Source: Peptococcaceae bacterium BICA1-7 (GTDB lineage Bacteria; Bacillota; Desulfotomaculia; Desulfotomaculales; Desulfocucumaceae). From it: DNA of 32,000 nucleotides. The notes below the pieces were generated by a model. The model was given only the letters and a program-made list of their open reading frames with translations, had not been told where the DNA came from and did no database searches. The stretch spans positions 188,277 through 220,276 of the forward strand of contig JUEB01000024.1 of the NCBI GenBank assembly GCA_000802095.1, read 5' to 3'. Of this stretch, positions 24,633 through 32,000 are shown piece after piece. Both the position numbers and the translations under genes were made by a program. Within the stretch, counting starts at the first letter, position 1. Each line of letters begins with the position of its first letter.

Positions 24633-24690
24633 GGGGAGTCTGACTTCGAAGTCAGAGGAATGTCCCCGATCGGGATAATGTCCCTGATAG
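24633..24690 (+). repeat. Compact variant of the hairpin repeat family in the sigma-factor leader
   Basis: GGGGA (24633-24637) and TCCCC (24663-24667) enclose a perfect 18-bp palindrome tctgacttcgaagtcaga (24639-24656). GAGGAATGTCCCCGATCGGGAT (24655-24676) is followed by a half-copy AATGTCCCTGATAG (24677-24690). Confidence 0.8.
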
Positions 24691-24716
24691 TTTAAAAAGA
24701 CGGACCGGGAAAGAGG

Positions 24717-25262
24717 GTGTTGGTACTTGTGATTGGCGTTGTCGATCTTAGAAAGGCTAGAGAAGGCGATCTCAGAGTGATTGAGCAGATATGCCTGGCT
24801 ACGTGGGAACCATTATATCGTTTTATATATTTTAAAGTGCAAAACCGTGAGGAGGCAGAGGATATTACCCAGGAAACCTATGTTAAAGTACTTGCTTATT
24901 TGCATGAGCATAAAGCTTCCGGTGAAAATCTGCCGGGTTTTATGAAGACCGTTGCCCTAAATGTATTGCGTGACCGCTGGCGACAAAAGAAGCGGCGGGG
25001 GATAGCTGTAAATATTGAGGAAATAAATCCGGAGGAAGCCTCCGGCATGGATCATCAAAAGGCTGTTACACAGCGGCTGCAAATTGAAAATGCTATGGCA
25101 AAATTAAACCGGGAACAACGTGACATCATTGAGCTAAGAATATGTAAAGGTCACTCGGTGGCTGAGACAGCTGAGATAGTAGGGAAAACCCAGGCTGCTG
25201 TCCGTACAGCTCAATACCGTGCTTTACAGGCTTTGGCTAATATACTGGATGGCGATGATTAA
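24717..25262 (+). CDS. ECF-type RNA polymerase sigma-70 family factor
   Basis: Region 2 (EDITQETYVKV) and region 4 HTH (SVAETAEIVGKTQAAVRTAQYRAL). The start is one of GTG 24717, TTG 24720 or GTG 24729. Confidence 0.85.
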   Translation: MLVLVIGVVDLRKAREGDLRVIEQICLATWEPLYRFIYFKVQNREEAEDITQETYVKVLAYLHEHKASGENLPGFMKTVALNVLRDRWRQKKRRGIAVNIEEINPEEASGMDHQKAVTQRLQIENAMAKLNREQRDIIELRICKGHSVAETAEIVGKTQAAVRTAQYRALQALANILDGDD

Positions 25263-25282
25263 AAAAAGGAGGGATGAGATTA

Positions 25283-26845
25283 ATGAATAATCCCGAAAGC
25301 AGACTTTCCGAATATATTGATGAATTGAATGCGGAACAAGAGCCGGAAAAACACCGGGGAGCCGCCGATACTCCGGAATTGGAAAAACTTTTAACAACGG
25401 TCAGAGCGGTCCGTAGTTTAAGAGAACCGGAACTACCCGATCCCGGATACCCTCAAAGACTGGCCAAAGCAGCAGCTCAAAGCCTCCACCAGCCGGCTGC
25501 GCCAAAACCCGGATTCGGTAGCCGGGTATATGAAATGGTGGCCGGGCGTTTTCGCCGACGGTGGGTTTTACCGCCTGTGGCGGCTTTGGTGGCCGGGTTG
25601 CTTTTATTTGCAGTATTGACCAGCTGGAACGGCTTGTTTAACCGTGATGTGGTATACGCCATGGAAAAAGCGGTCTCCAAATTGTCAAATTATCATGGTG
25701 TACTTGAGATGCGCTCAAAAAACGCAGCCGGAGAGGAGTGGCTGATCCGCCGGGTGGAGCTTTGGTCCGATGGAGAAAAGTATGCCGTGCGGCAGGACGA
25801 CGGCACTCTGACAGTTAACAACGGCGAGAGGAAGTGGCAGGTCCGTGCTCAAAGCAAGGAAGTGGCCTTGCTGCCTCTGGCGCCTGACCCGGCCCGGAAT
25901 GGTTTTGACCTGCGGGATGAGGCTAAACTGGCTAATCAATACCCACACACCGTTGTGGGCCCGGATATAATTGCCGGCCGCGAGACTTTAAAGCTTGAGA
26001 TTTCGCCACCGGGAGGCCTGGCCTACTATTTATGGGTGGATACAGAAACCAATCTGCCCATTCAACTGCAAACAGCGATGCAGAATTCGCTGCAGACCAC
26101 CTATACTTTTGTAAACTTTGCACCAAATACCCTGATTGACCCCATTATATTCACTTACCAGACGCCTGAAGGCTATAAAGTGGTAGAAAAGGATCCGGGG
26201 CAATTGGTGGCCACGGTGGAGGAAGCGGCTGCCATCAGCGGATTAACGCCGCTGCTCCCAAAAGAAGCACCAGCCCGCATCTTTGCTTTCAAAGACCGTA
26301 TCGTTTTTGATTATGGTGATGCTACAATTGTTGAAGCCGCCGCCAGGGGGCCCTTTAATCCCGCTCCCAATGCCGCCCTTGGCACTGCTGCAGGTGGCCC
26401 GCTGGAAGTGTGGTGGGAACGATTGCGTTGGCGGCAGGAGGGGCTTGAAATTCAGGCCGAAGGGGCGCGGCGGGCGGAATTGGCCCGTCAGATTGCTGCC
26501 GACTTTGCTCTCCCGGACTCCGGTAAAAAACTGGTCAAGGCCCAGGTCCAGGTGCCGGTGGATATGGAGATTGCCGGAGCAAACCAGCAGCAGGTGGACC
26601 GGGGAAGCAGCCCCTGGCATCTTGATCCTCTGCAGGTGGCGCTTACTTTTGTCAACTTAAAGGTATCTCCGGAAGGAATAGTAGGCGAGCCGAAGATACC
26701 AATGTCCTATTATAAGCTGGCAGCGAACAACGGCGCCGAGGCAGTGGTGGAGGTGTCCGGAGGCCCGGTTAAAAAGGTCTACCTGCAGCGGCTTGTCCGG
26801 CAGGACGAGACAGGCATCTGGTCGGTTGTCGGGTACGATCAATAA
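25283..26845 (+). CDS. Putative anti-sigma factor: single-pass membrane protein with LolA/RseB-like extracytoplasmic domain
   Basis: Adjacent to the ECF sigma gene. A short cytoplasmic N-domain, one TM helix (WVLPPVAALVAGLLLFAVLTSW), then a large external domain. ATG at 25283 is better spaced from GGAGG than ATG at 25274. The function is inferred from context. Confidence 0.6.
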   Translation: MNNPESRLSEYIDELNAEQEPEKHRGAADTPELEKLLTTVRAVRSLREPELPDPGYPQRLAKAAAQSLHQPAAPKPGFGSRVYEMVAGRFRRRWVLPPVAALVAGLLLFAVLTSWNGLFNRDVVYAMEKAVSKLSNYHGVLEMRSKNAAGEEWLIRRVELWSDGEKYAVRQDDGTLTVNNGERKWQVRAQSKEVALLPLAPDPARNGFDLRDEAKLANQYPHTVVGPDIIAGRETLKLEISPPGGLAYYLWVDTETNLPIQLQTAMQNSLQTTYTFVNFAPNTLIDPIIFTYQTPEGYKVVEKDPGQLVATVEEAAAISGLTPLLPKEAPARIFAFKDRIVFDYGDATIVEAAARGPFNPAPNAALGTAAGGPLEVWWERLRWRQEGLEIQAEGARRAELARQIAADFALPDSGKKLVKAQVQVPVDMEIAGANQQQVDRGSSPWHLDPLQVALTFVNLKVSPEGIVGEPKIPMSYYKLAANNGAEAVVEVSGGPVKKVYLQRLVRQDETGIWSVVGYDQ

Positions 26846-26914
26846 GGAATGGGGACACACCTCCCTGGCACGATTGGCTCTGTGGGTCGGAGGAATGTCC
26901 CCGATCGGGATGGC
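26834..26914 (+). repeat. Hairpin repeat unit overlapping the 3' end of the anti-sigma gene
   Basis: TCAATAAGGAATGGGGACACACC (26839-26861), CTCC plus an N24 spacer, GGAGGAATGTCCCC (26889-26902), then GATCGGGATGGC (26903-26914). Confidence 0.85.
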
Positions 26915-26935
26915 TTTTGGCCTCCCCCAATCCCC

Positions 26936-26963
26936 AAACCAGGGTTTTTACAAACCCTGGTTT
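26936..26963. terminator. Bidirectional intrinsic terminator
   Basis: Perfect 12-bp stem aaaccagggttt / aaaccctggttt with loop ttac, between convergent stops at 26845 (+) and 26963 (-). Confidence 0.7.
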
Positions 26964-29593
26964 TAATTCAATAGCTTTTCTACATACCCTTCCGTTCCGT
27001 TTACACGGATTCGCTCCCCGTCTTTGATCAGCCTGGTGGCGTTTTCCACGCTTACCACCGCCGGAAGACCGTATTCGCGGGCAATGACGGCTCCATGGGT
27101 CATAAGCCCGCCCACCTCGGTCACCAGGCCCTTGACGGATACAAAAAGCGGCGTCCAACTGGGGTCAGTGAATGTGGTGACCAAAATATCGCCATCCTCT
27201 ATGTTGGCATCAGACATCTTTAAAACCACCCGTGCCCGCCCTTCGATAACGCCGGTTGAAACGGGTATACCGGCCAGAGCGCCCTGGGGGATATTCCCTG
27301 TGTTGTATTGTCCGGATATGACCTCGCCCTCGGATGTCATCACCCTCGGCGGCGTCAGTTTCTCATAAACCTCGTACTCCTCTTTTCTCCTGGTTAGGGT
27401 GCTGTAATCCAGCCTGCCTGTGCGAACGGCGTCCCGGAGTTCATCAAAGGAGAGATAATAGATGTCCTCCTTCTCCTGCAGGACTCCCTTTTGCACCAGC
27501 ACGGCGGCCTCCTTCAGCAGTGCCTGCTTATAAATGTAGTAACGTTGTATGAAGGCATATTTGGGATATTCCCGATAGCCGATAAAATTACGCATAACGC
27601 TGATCATTTTCTTTGTCTTTTTGGCCTTTTGCCTGCCACCGGGCAATTGCTCCAGGCGGCTTAAAAGGTCTTGCTCCTTCTGCTCTGCTTCCATTCGCCC
27701 CTGCTCAAATTTGACGTTCTTGGCATTGGGTTTAAAATTTTTGATGTTGCTTAAAATCACGGGGATGAGCGAGGTGGGCTTTTCGCTCCAGCGGGGCCTG
27801 GTGATGTCGATCTCGCCGGAACAGCGCATGCCGTATTTTTCAAGGTACGACCGTAGAGATTGGCTGACAGAGTCTCCGCCCTCCAGTTTGGCCAGGTCAT
27901 CAAAAAAGGTTTCATCACTGGCATGACCAAAATATTCAATCACCGCCGGATATTGCCGGACCACATCCGAGACATCCAGGAGCGCAAGCCCCATTTCGGA
28001 GGTGACATTATTGTCTACCGATTGGGAGAGAGTGTCGGCTGCACTCTTTTCGCCCAGCCACTTTTCCATTTTCTTATTGATCCAATTAGCTGCGTAGACC
28101 CCCACCATGATCGCTCCCAGGCTTCGTGAATCATACATTAATTCCTTTAACGATTTATAGTCCTGTAAAATAAAGTCAAACAGCTCATCGCCTGATACTT
28201 GTGTGATCCTTTGCCGCAGATCTCTTATGGACGCCTGGTTTTGGGAGATGAGACTTTGAATGAGCGCCACGTCGTTTTCGCGGTAGATCTTTATGGACTG
28301 AAGGGGAAGTGCCCAGGATAGACCCTCTCTGCCCAGGCTGATGGATCTCTTTCCGTGCGGCAGTGATTTCATAAAAGCTTTTCGCTTCATTAAACTTAAG
28401 ATAGCGTTTTGCATCAGAGGGTCGTTCCTGCCGATGGTGCTGATCACTATCTTTCGCCCAATGGTCGAGGCCAGGTCGTGCGTCAGATCTAAGAAAAGCC
28501 TTCCACCGGCTTTACGTATTGGAAAATCACCAGATAAAAACTGGAGGAAGGACATGCCCAGAGGCTTAATGGCATCCGTCATCATCTGCTGATGGCCGAA
28601 CGACATATAGACACGGTTCTGATCATCGTTTACGTCCATTATTGGATATAAGGTGGTGATGGGGCGGCTCTGAAGGATGAATAACATTTCCTCGCATATG
28701 CACCATTCAATATCCTGGGGGCGGCCAAAATACTTCTCGATCTTTCTTCCCGTGCTCTCAAGCTGCAAAATCTGCTGGTCTGTCAGGGCTTGCATATTTT
28801 GCTGCTGTGGCTCAATCTCCCGCTCCTCCGTGCCGCCTTCTTCCAGTGCATGGATGGCCAGCTTCTTGGAGGATATCTTCTTATCAATAATCCTTCCCTC
28901 CCGCACCTTATAGATATCAGCATTCACCAGGCCTGAGACCAGCGCCTCGCCAAGCCCAAAGCTGGCGTCGATGGAGAGCACCTTCCTGTTGGAGGTGACG
29001 GGATCGGCCGTAAACATAATCCCAGCTGTCTGCGGGAAAACCATCCTCTGTATGACCACAGACAGGTAGACTTTGCGGTGGCCGAAGCCGTTTTGCATAC
29101 GGTAGATCACCGCCCGGTCGGTAAACAGCGAGGCCCAGCACTTGCTGACATGCTGCAGGATGGAATACTTTCCTTTAATGTTCAAATAGGTATCCTGCTG
29201 GCCCGCAAAGGAGGCCAGAGGCAGATCCTCAGCCGTGGCGCTGGAGCGCACGGCATAGGCGTTCTCCCCGCCAAGCTTTAAAAGGTAGCTGGTAATCTCT
29301 TCCTCTATGTCCCTGGCAATCTTCGCCCCTTCGATGATCCCACGGATCTTTCCGCTAATTTCACCTATTTTTTCCCTTTCGTTCACCTTTAAAAGGGACA
29401 GATGATCCAGCAGCGCGTTAAATTCTCTGTTATCTTCAATAGTTCTTTTATAGGCAGCGGTGGTGACACAAAAGCCCTCCGGCACCCGTACTTCCTCAAT
29501 CCTTGACAGTTCCCCCAGGTTTAAGCCTTTGCCACCGACGACCGCAAGCTTTGTTTTGTCTATCTCCTGAAAACCAAGCACATATGAATTCAT
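26963..29593 (-). CDS. PEP-utilizing enzyme, PpsA / rifampicin-phosphotransferase (RPH)-like architecture
   Basis: 876 aa from the ATG at 29593; the track ORF extends to 29659 and would overlap the nitroreductase. N-terminal ATP-grasp (VGGKGLNLGE, AVRSSATAEDLP, FTADP) and a C-terminal swivel phosphohistidine domain (GGLMTHGAVIAREYGLPAVV). No C-terminal PEP/pyruvate TIM-barrel domain follows. Confidence 0.85.
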   Translation of the reverse strand: MNSYVLGFQEIDKTKLAVVGGKGLNLGELSRIEEVRVPEGFCVTTAAYKRTIEDNREFNALLDHLSLLKVNEREKIGEISGKIRGIIEGAKIARDIEEEITSYLLKLGGENAYAVRSSATAEDLPLASFAGQQDTYLNIKGKYSILQHVSKCWASLFTDRAVIYRMQNGFGHRKVYLSVVIQRMVFPQTAGIMFTADPVTSNRKVLSIDASFGLGEALVSGLVNADIYKVREGRIIDKKISSKKLAIHALEEGGTEEREIEPQQQNMQALTDQQILQLESTGRKIEKYFGRPQDIEWCICEEMLFILQSRPITTLYPIMDVNDDQNRVYMSFGHQQMMTDAIKPLGMSFLQFLSGDFPIRKAGGRLFLDLTHDLASTIGRKIVISTIGRNDPLMQNAILSLMKRKAFMKSLPHGKRSISLGREGLSWALPLQSIKIYRENDVALIQSLISQNQASIRDLRQRITQVSGDELFDFILQDYKSLKELMYDSRSLGAIMVGVYAANWINKKMEKWLGEKSAADTLSQSVDNNVTSEMGLALLDVSDVVRQYPAVIEYFGHASDETFFDDLAKLEGGDSVSQSLRSYLEKYGMRCSGEIDITRPRWSEKPTSLIPVILSNIKNFKPNAKNVKFEQGRMEAEQKEQDLLSRLEQLPGGRQKAKKTKKMISVMRNFIGYREYPKYAFIQRYYIYKQALLKEAAVLVQKGVLQEKEDIYYLSFDELRDAVRTGRLDYSTLTRRKEEYEVYEKLTPPRVMTSEGEVISGQYNTGNIPQGALAGIPVSTGVIEGRARVVLKMSDANIEDGDILVTTFTDPSWTPLFVSVKGLVTEVGGLMTHGAVIAREYGLPAVVSVENATRLIKDGERIRVNGTEGYVEKLLN

Positions 29594-29618
29594 AAGGACA
29601 TCCCTTCTTAAGAAGAAT

Positions 29619-30458
29619 TCAAACCAAAAATTGCCATACGGAGCGTCCCTGTTCCTCATTTAATAAAATATTGCAGTCTATATTCTTCATCATCATTCCC
29701 AGCCAAAAGTGACAGGCGCATACCCCAATGTCAACATTGGGATGTTCCCACTTGATGTGTTTATAGCCGACGGGCATTGCTATGGAAATTGTTTTAAAGT
29801 CAGATGAAACAGTGAAGCGCCAGAACTGGCTATTGGCGGCAGAAGGAGCTTTCCGGGCAAGGTCAAACGCGTACAAAATCTCTGGAGGAAGGCTTTCCTC
29901 GCTTATGCCCTCCTCCAAAAATGCGCCCACAGGCTTGCGCCTGTAGCTAAAAAATGATGTCTGCACCCTATCAGCCAGCCTAACGCCCTCATTCTGCCAG
30001 TATCCGACCGGTGTGATGCAAATAGCCCGTTGGCCCTGCACCACGCCCTTTCCGTAGCCCCATTTGGGCATTGGCAAGGCAGCGTTTGCCCCCAGATGCG
30101 GCATAATGCGCTCCAATTCAGCCAGAGTATAATGGCCATACCAGCAGGTAGCAAGTCCCAGGCTGGTGGCGTATAGGATCAGAATTTCCCCCACAAATCC
30201 GGCCGCTGACACGGAGCAGACATCCGTATCCGATAGAAAAGCCGCCCCATCAGGCGGTGCCGGAAAAACAGTATAGAGTTTCCTGTCGGGTCTGGCCTTG
30301 AACATGCGTATGGAAACAGTGTGTTCAAAAGGCACTTGAATATTGCCAATGAAGCTTTGCAGCAAAGTCATTTTCGATTCCTCAACGGGACGCAGCTCAT
30401 AAGCCCGCGTGGATCTGCGGGCGTTTACTGCGGCTTCCCAATCAATGCCTTTAATCAC
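29619..30458 (-). CDS. Nitroreductase-family flavoprotein
   Basis: 279 aa. GTG start 5 nt after AGGTG. N-terminal RRSTRAY motif and the overall nitroreductase-like pattern. The substrate is unknown. Confidence 0.7.
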   Translation of the reverse strand: MIKGIDWEAAVNARRSTRAYELRPVEESKMTLLQSFIGNIQVPFEHTVSIRMFKARPDRKLYTVFPAPPDGAAFLSDTDVCSVSAAGFVGEILILYATSLGLATCWYGHYTLAELERIMPHLGANAALPMPKWGYGKGVVQGQRAICITPVGYWQNEGVRLADRVQTSFFSYRRKPVGAFLEEGISEESLPPEILYAFDLARKAPSAANSQFWRFTVSSDFKTISIAMPVGYKHIKWEHPNVDIGVCACHFWLGMMMKNIDCNILLNEEQGRSVWQFLV

Positions 30459-30661
30459 TATTTCACCTGTGCATTTCTTTTTTTAGATATTGTTCCGCAG
30501 TATTTTTTATTTTAAACACCTTTCATGCCTTCCTTTACTTCACCGGCCAAAGTGTTTGAGCGTTAAGGGATATATAATTATTTGGAAGCTTGGGTAAAAA
30601 AACAGATTTTAATGCTGCACCTGCCGCACAGGGGCATAATAGGCCTGAGGAGTGATTCAAA

Positions 30662-32000
30662 ATAGGCGTATACGTTATGCAGTTCGATGAGATAGATAGA
30701 GCCAGTTTACCTGATGTTGGGGGAAAAGGAGCCAATCTGGGGGAAATGGCCAGAGCGGGATTCCCAGTCCCCCAGGGATTCTGTATTACCACATTCGCCT
30801 ACCGGAAGTTTATCTCAGCAAGTCACCAGATGGATGAGCTGTTAGGTTTGCTTGACCGGTTGCGGCCGGATCAGCTGGACCAAATCAGCAACCTGGGAAA
30901 AAGGATCCGGGATCACCTGCAGTCCGTTACCATACCCCAGGAGATTAAAGCAGCAGTCATTGACGGGTGGAAAAAGTCGGGGGAAGAACAGGAGTATGCC
31001 GTCAGGTCCAGCGCCACGGCTGAAGATTTGCCGACGGCCTCCTTTGCCGGACAGCAGGAAACCTATCTGAATATAAAAGGGGCCGATCAGCTGCTGCAAG
31101 CAGTTCAGCAGTGCTGGACCTCTCTGTTTACCGACCGGGCCATTGTTTACCGCGCCAAAAACCGATTTGATCACAGGTCGGTATTTCTGTCCGTGGTGGT
31201 GCAGCGGATGGTCTTTCCCGAAGTGGCGGGGATTATGTTTACCGCCGATCCGGTCACCGGCAACCGGAAAATTGTAGCTATTGATGCCAGCTTTGGCCTG
31301 GGAGAAGCGCTGGTGTCAGGAATTGTGTCTGCCGATTTATACCAGGTAAAAGAGGATAAATTGGTCAAAAAGAAAATAGCCAGGAAAGAAATGGCCATTT
31401 ATGCCAGGCCTGAGGGCGGAACGGCCAAAGTAGAGATTAAGGGAGAGCAGCAGACCGCCCCGGCTTTGTCGGACCATCAGGCGGTCAGGCTGGCCCGGAT
31501 CGGTCGAAGCATTGAAGAACACTTCGGAAGTCCACAGGATATAGAGTGGGGTCTTTATGACGATCAGATATTTATTTTACAGAGCCGCCCCATTACCACA
31601 CTCTATCCCGTTCCGGCCACCGCCGACGATAAACTTCACCTTTTCCTGTCCTTCGGCCATGCGCAAATGATGACCGAGGTGATCAAGCCCCTGGGGCTAT
31701 CGGTGATAAGGACTGTTGTTCCTTTCGGAAAAAGAACGCCCCGGGCGGAGAGCTATCTTATGCTGGAGGCCGGTGGAAGATTGTATCTCGACATCACCCA
31801 TTTGCTTGAGTACCCGCAGTTAAGAAAACGGCTGCCCGGAATGCTGGCCAATGTCGATGAATTGATGGGCCGGGTGGTGCAGGACTTCGTTGGGAGAGAG
31901 GAATTTCAGGCAGCGCCGCAGCACGGCAAAAAACTGGACCTGGCACTGGTTAAAAAGGCCTTTCCCACGGCCTTTGCCATATTAAGAAATATACTGTACC
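30662..32000 (+). CDS. Second PpsA/RPH-like PEP-utilizing enzyme (3' end outside window); start possibly ATA
   Basis: The frame is open to the window end, so it is absent from the ORF track. VGGKGANLGEM, AVRSSATAEDLPTASFAGQQETYLNIKG, FTADPVTGNRK, QDIEWG ... ILQSRPITTLYP. It is a paralog of 26963..29593. The first ATG is at 30677. ATA at 30662 is the only candidate start correctly spaced from GAGGAG (30647-30652). Confidence 0.8.
   Translation, partial: MGVYVMQFDEIDRASLPDVGGKGANLGEMARAGFPVPQGFCITTFAYRKFISASHQMDELLGLLDRLRPDQLDQISNLGKRIRDHLQSVTIPQEIKAAVIDGWKKSGEEQEYAVRSSATAEDLPTASFAGQQETYLNIKGADQLLQAVQQCWTSLFTDRAIVYRAKNRFDHRSVFLSVVVQRMVFPEVAGIMFTADPVTGNRKIVAIDASFGLGEALVSGIVSADLYQVKEDKLVKKKIARKEMAIYARPEGGTAKVEIKGEQQTAPALSDHQAVRLARIGRSIEEHFGSPQDIEWGLYDDQIFILQSRPITTLYPVPATADDKLHLFLSFGHAQMMTEVIKPLGLSVIRTVVPFGKRTPRAESYLMLEAGGRLYLDITHLLEYPQLRKRLPGMLANVDELMGRVVQDFVGREEFQAAPQHGKKLDLALVKKAFPTAFAILRNILY

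Noticed and set aside
26866-26878. Sigma-54-like promoter: TGGCAC ... GC inside the repeat spacer
   Set aside because: The GG and GC dinucleotides are separated by 8 nt rather than the 10 nt of the -24/-12 consensus. The TTGC element is absent. No gene lies downstream in the plus orientation before the terminator.
29594-29659. N-terminal extension of the RPH-like ORF (MRNRDAPYGNFWFEFFLRRDVL), which would overlap the nitroreductase gene by 41 nt
   Set aside because: The homologous N-terminus begins at MNSYVLGFQEID (ATG 29593), which has its own purine-rich RBS. The extension has no counterpart in the paralog.
1-32000. An autonomous mobile element (transposase, integrase, RAYT) that could mobilise the hairpin repeats, or phage/defence gene content
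   Set aside because: No ORF in any frame shows transposase, recombinase, reverse-transcriptase or nuclease hallmark motifs. If a mobilising enzyme exists, it is encoded elsewhere.

Overview
This window looks chromosomal and comes from an anaerobic, spore-forming Firmicute-like genome. That is inferred from gene content (spo0M, Hdr/Mvh, strong GGAGG ribosome-binding sites, many GTG/TTG starts); I cannot name the species. All protein calls rest on motifs read from the translations, because no database search was possible.

Gene content, left to right:
- The 3' part of a hybrid histidine kinase.
- A secreted stalk-domain protein and an isoaspartyl peptidase, both on the minus strand.
- A complete [NiFe]-hydrogenase maturation operon, hypABCDEF.
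- Directly after it, hdrA-hdrC-hdrB-mvhD-mvhG-mvhA plus the hydrogenase endopeptidase (an Mvh/Hdr-type module).
- A small secreted aromatic-repeat protein.
- spo0M.
- A minus-strand efflux operon: regulator, ABC ATPase, FtsX permease, HlyD adaptor.
- A divergent ECF sigma / anti-sigma pair.
- Two paralogous PEP-utilizing (PpsA / rifampicin-phosphotransferase-like) genes flanking a nitroreductase.

I saw no rRNA, tRNA, CRISPR array, transposase or integrase.

The main signal not explained by gene annotation is a dispersed, modular family of hairpin-forming repeats.
- The arms are GGGGACACACCTCC and GGAGGAATGTCCCC, separated by about 24 nt.
- Units are chained by the linker GATCGGGATGGC, and there is also a 22-bp tandem form.
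- The repeats fill both unusually long intergenic gaps inside the hyp operon.
- One copy sits in the leader of the ECF sigma operon.
- One copy supplies the stop codon of the anti-sigma gene.
- One copy is read through in frame inside hypF.

Secondary observations:
- Two genes whose homology-supported N-termini and SD sequences point to ATA start codons.
- The duplicated RPH-like genes with the nitroreductase between them.
- A GC-rich structured island upstream of hypA.
- A 6-codon mini-ORF upstream of hdrA.
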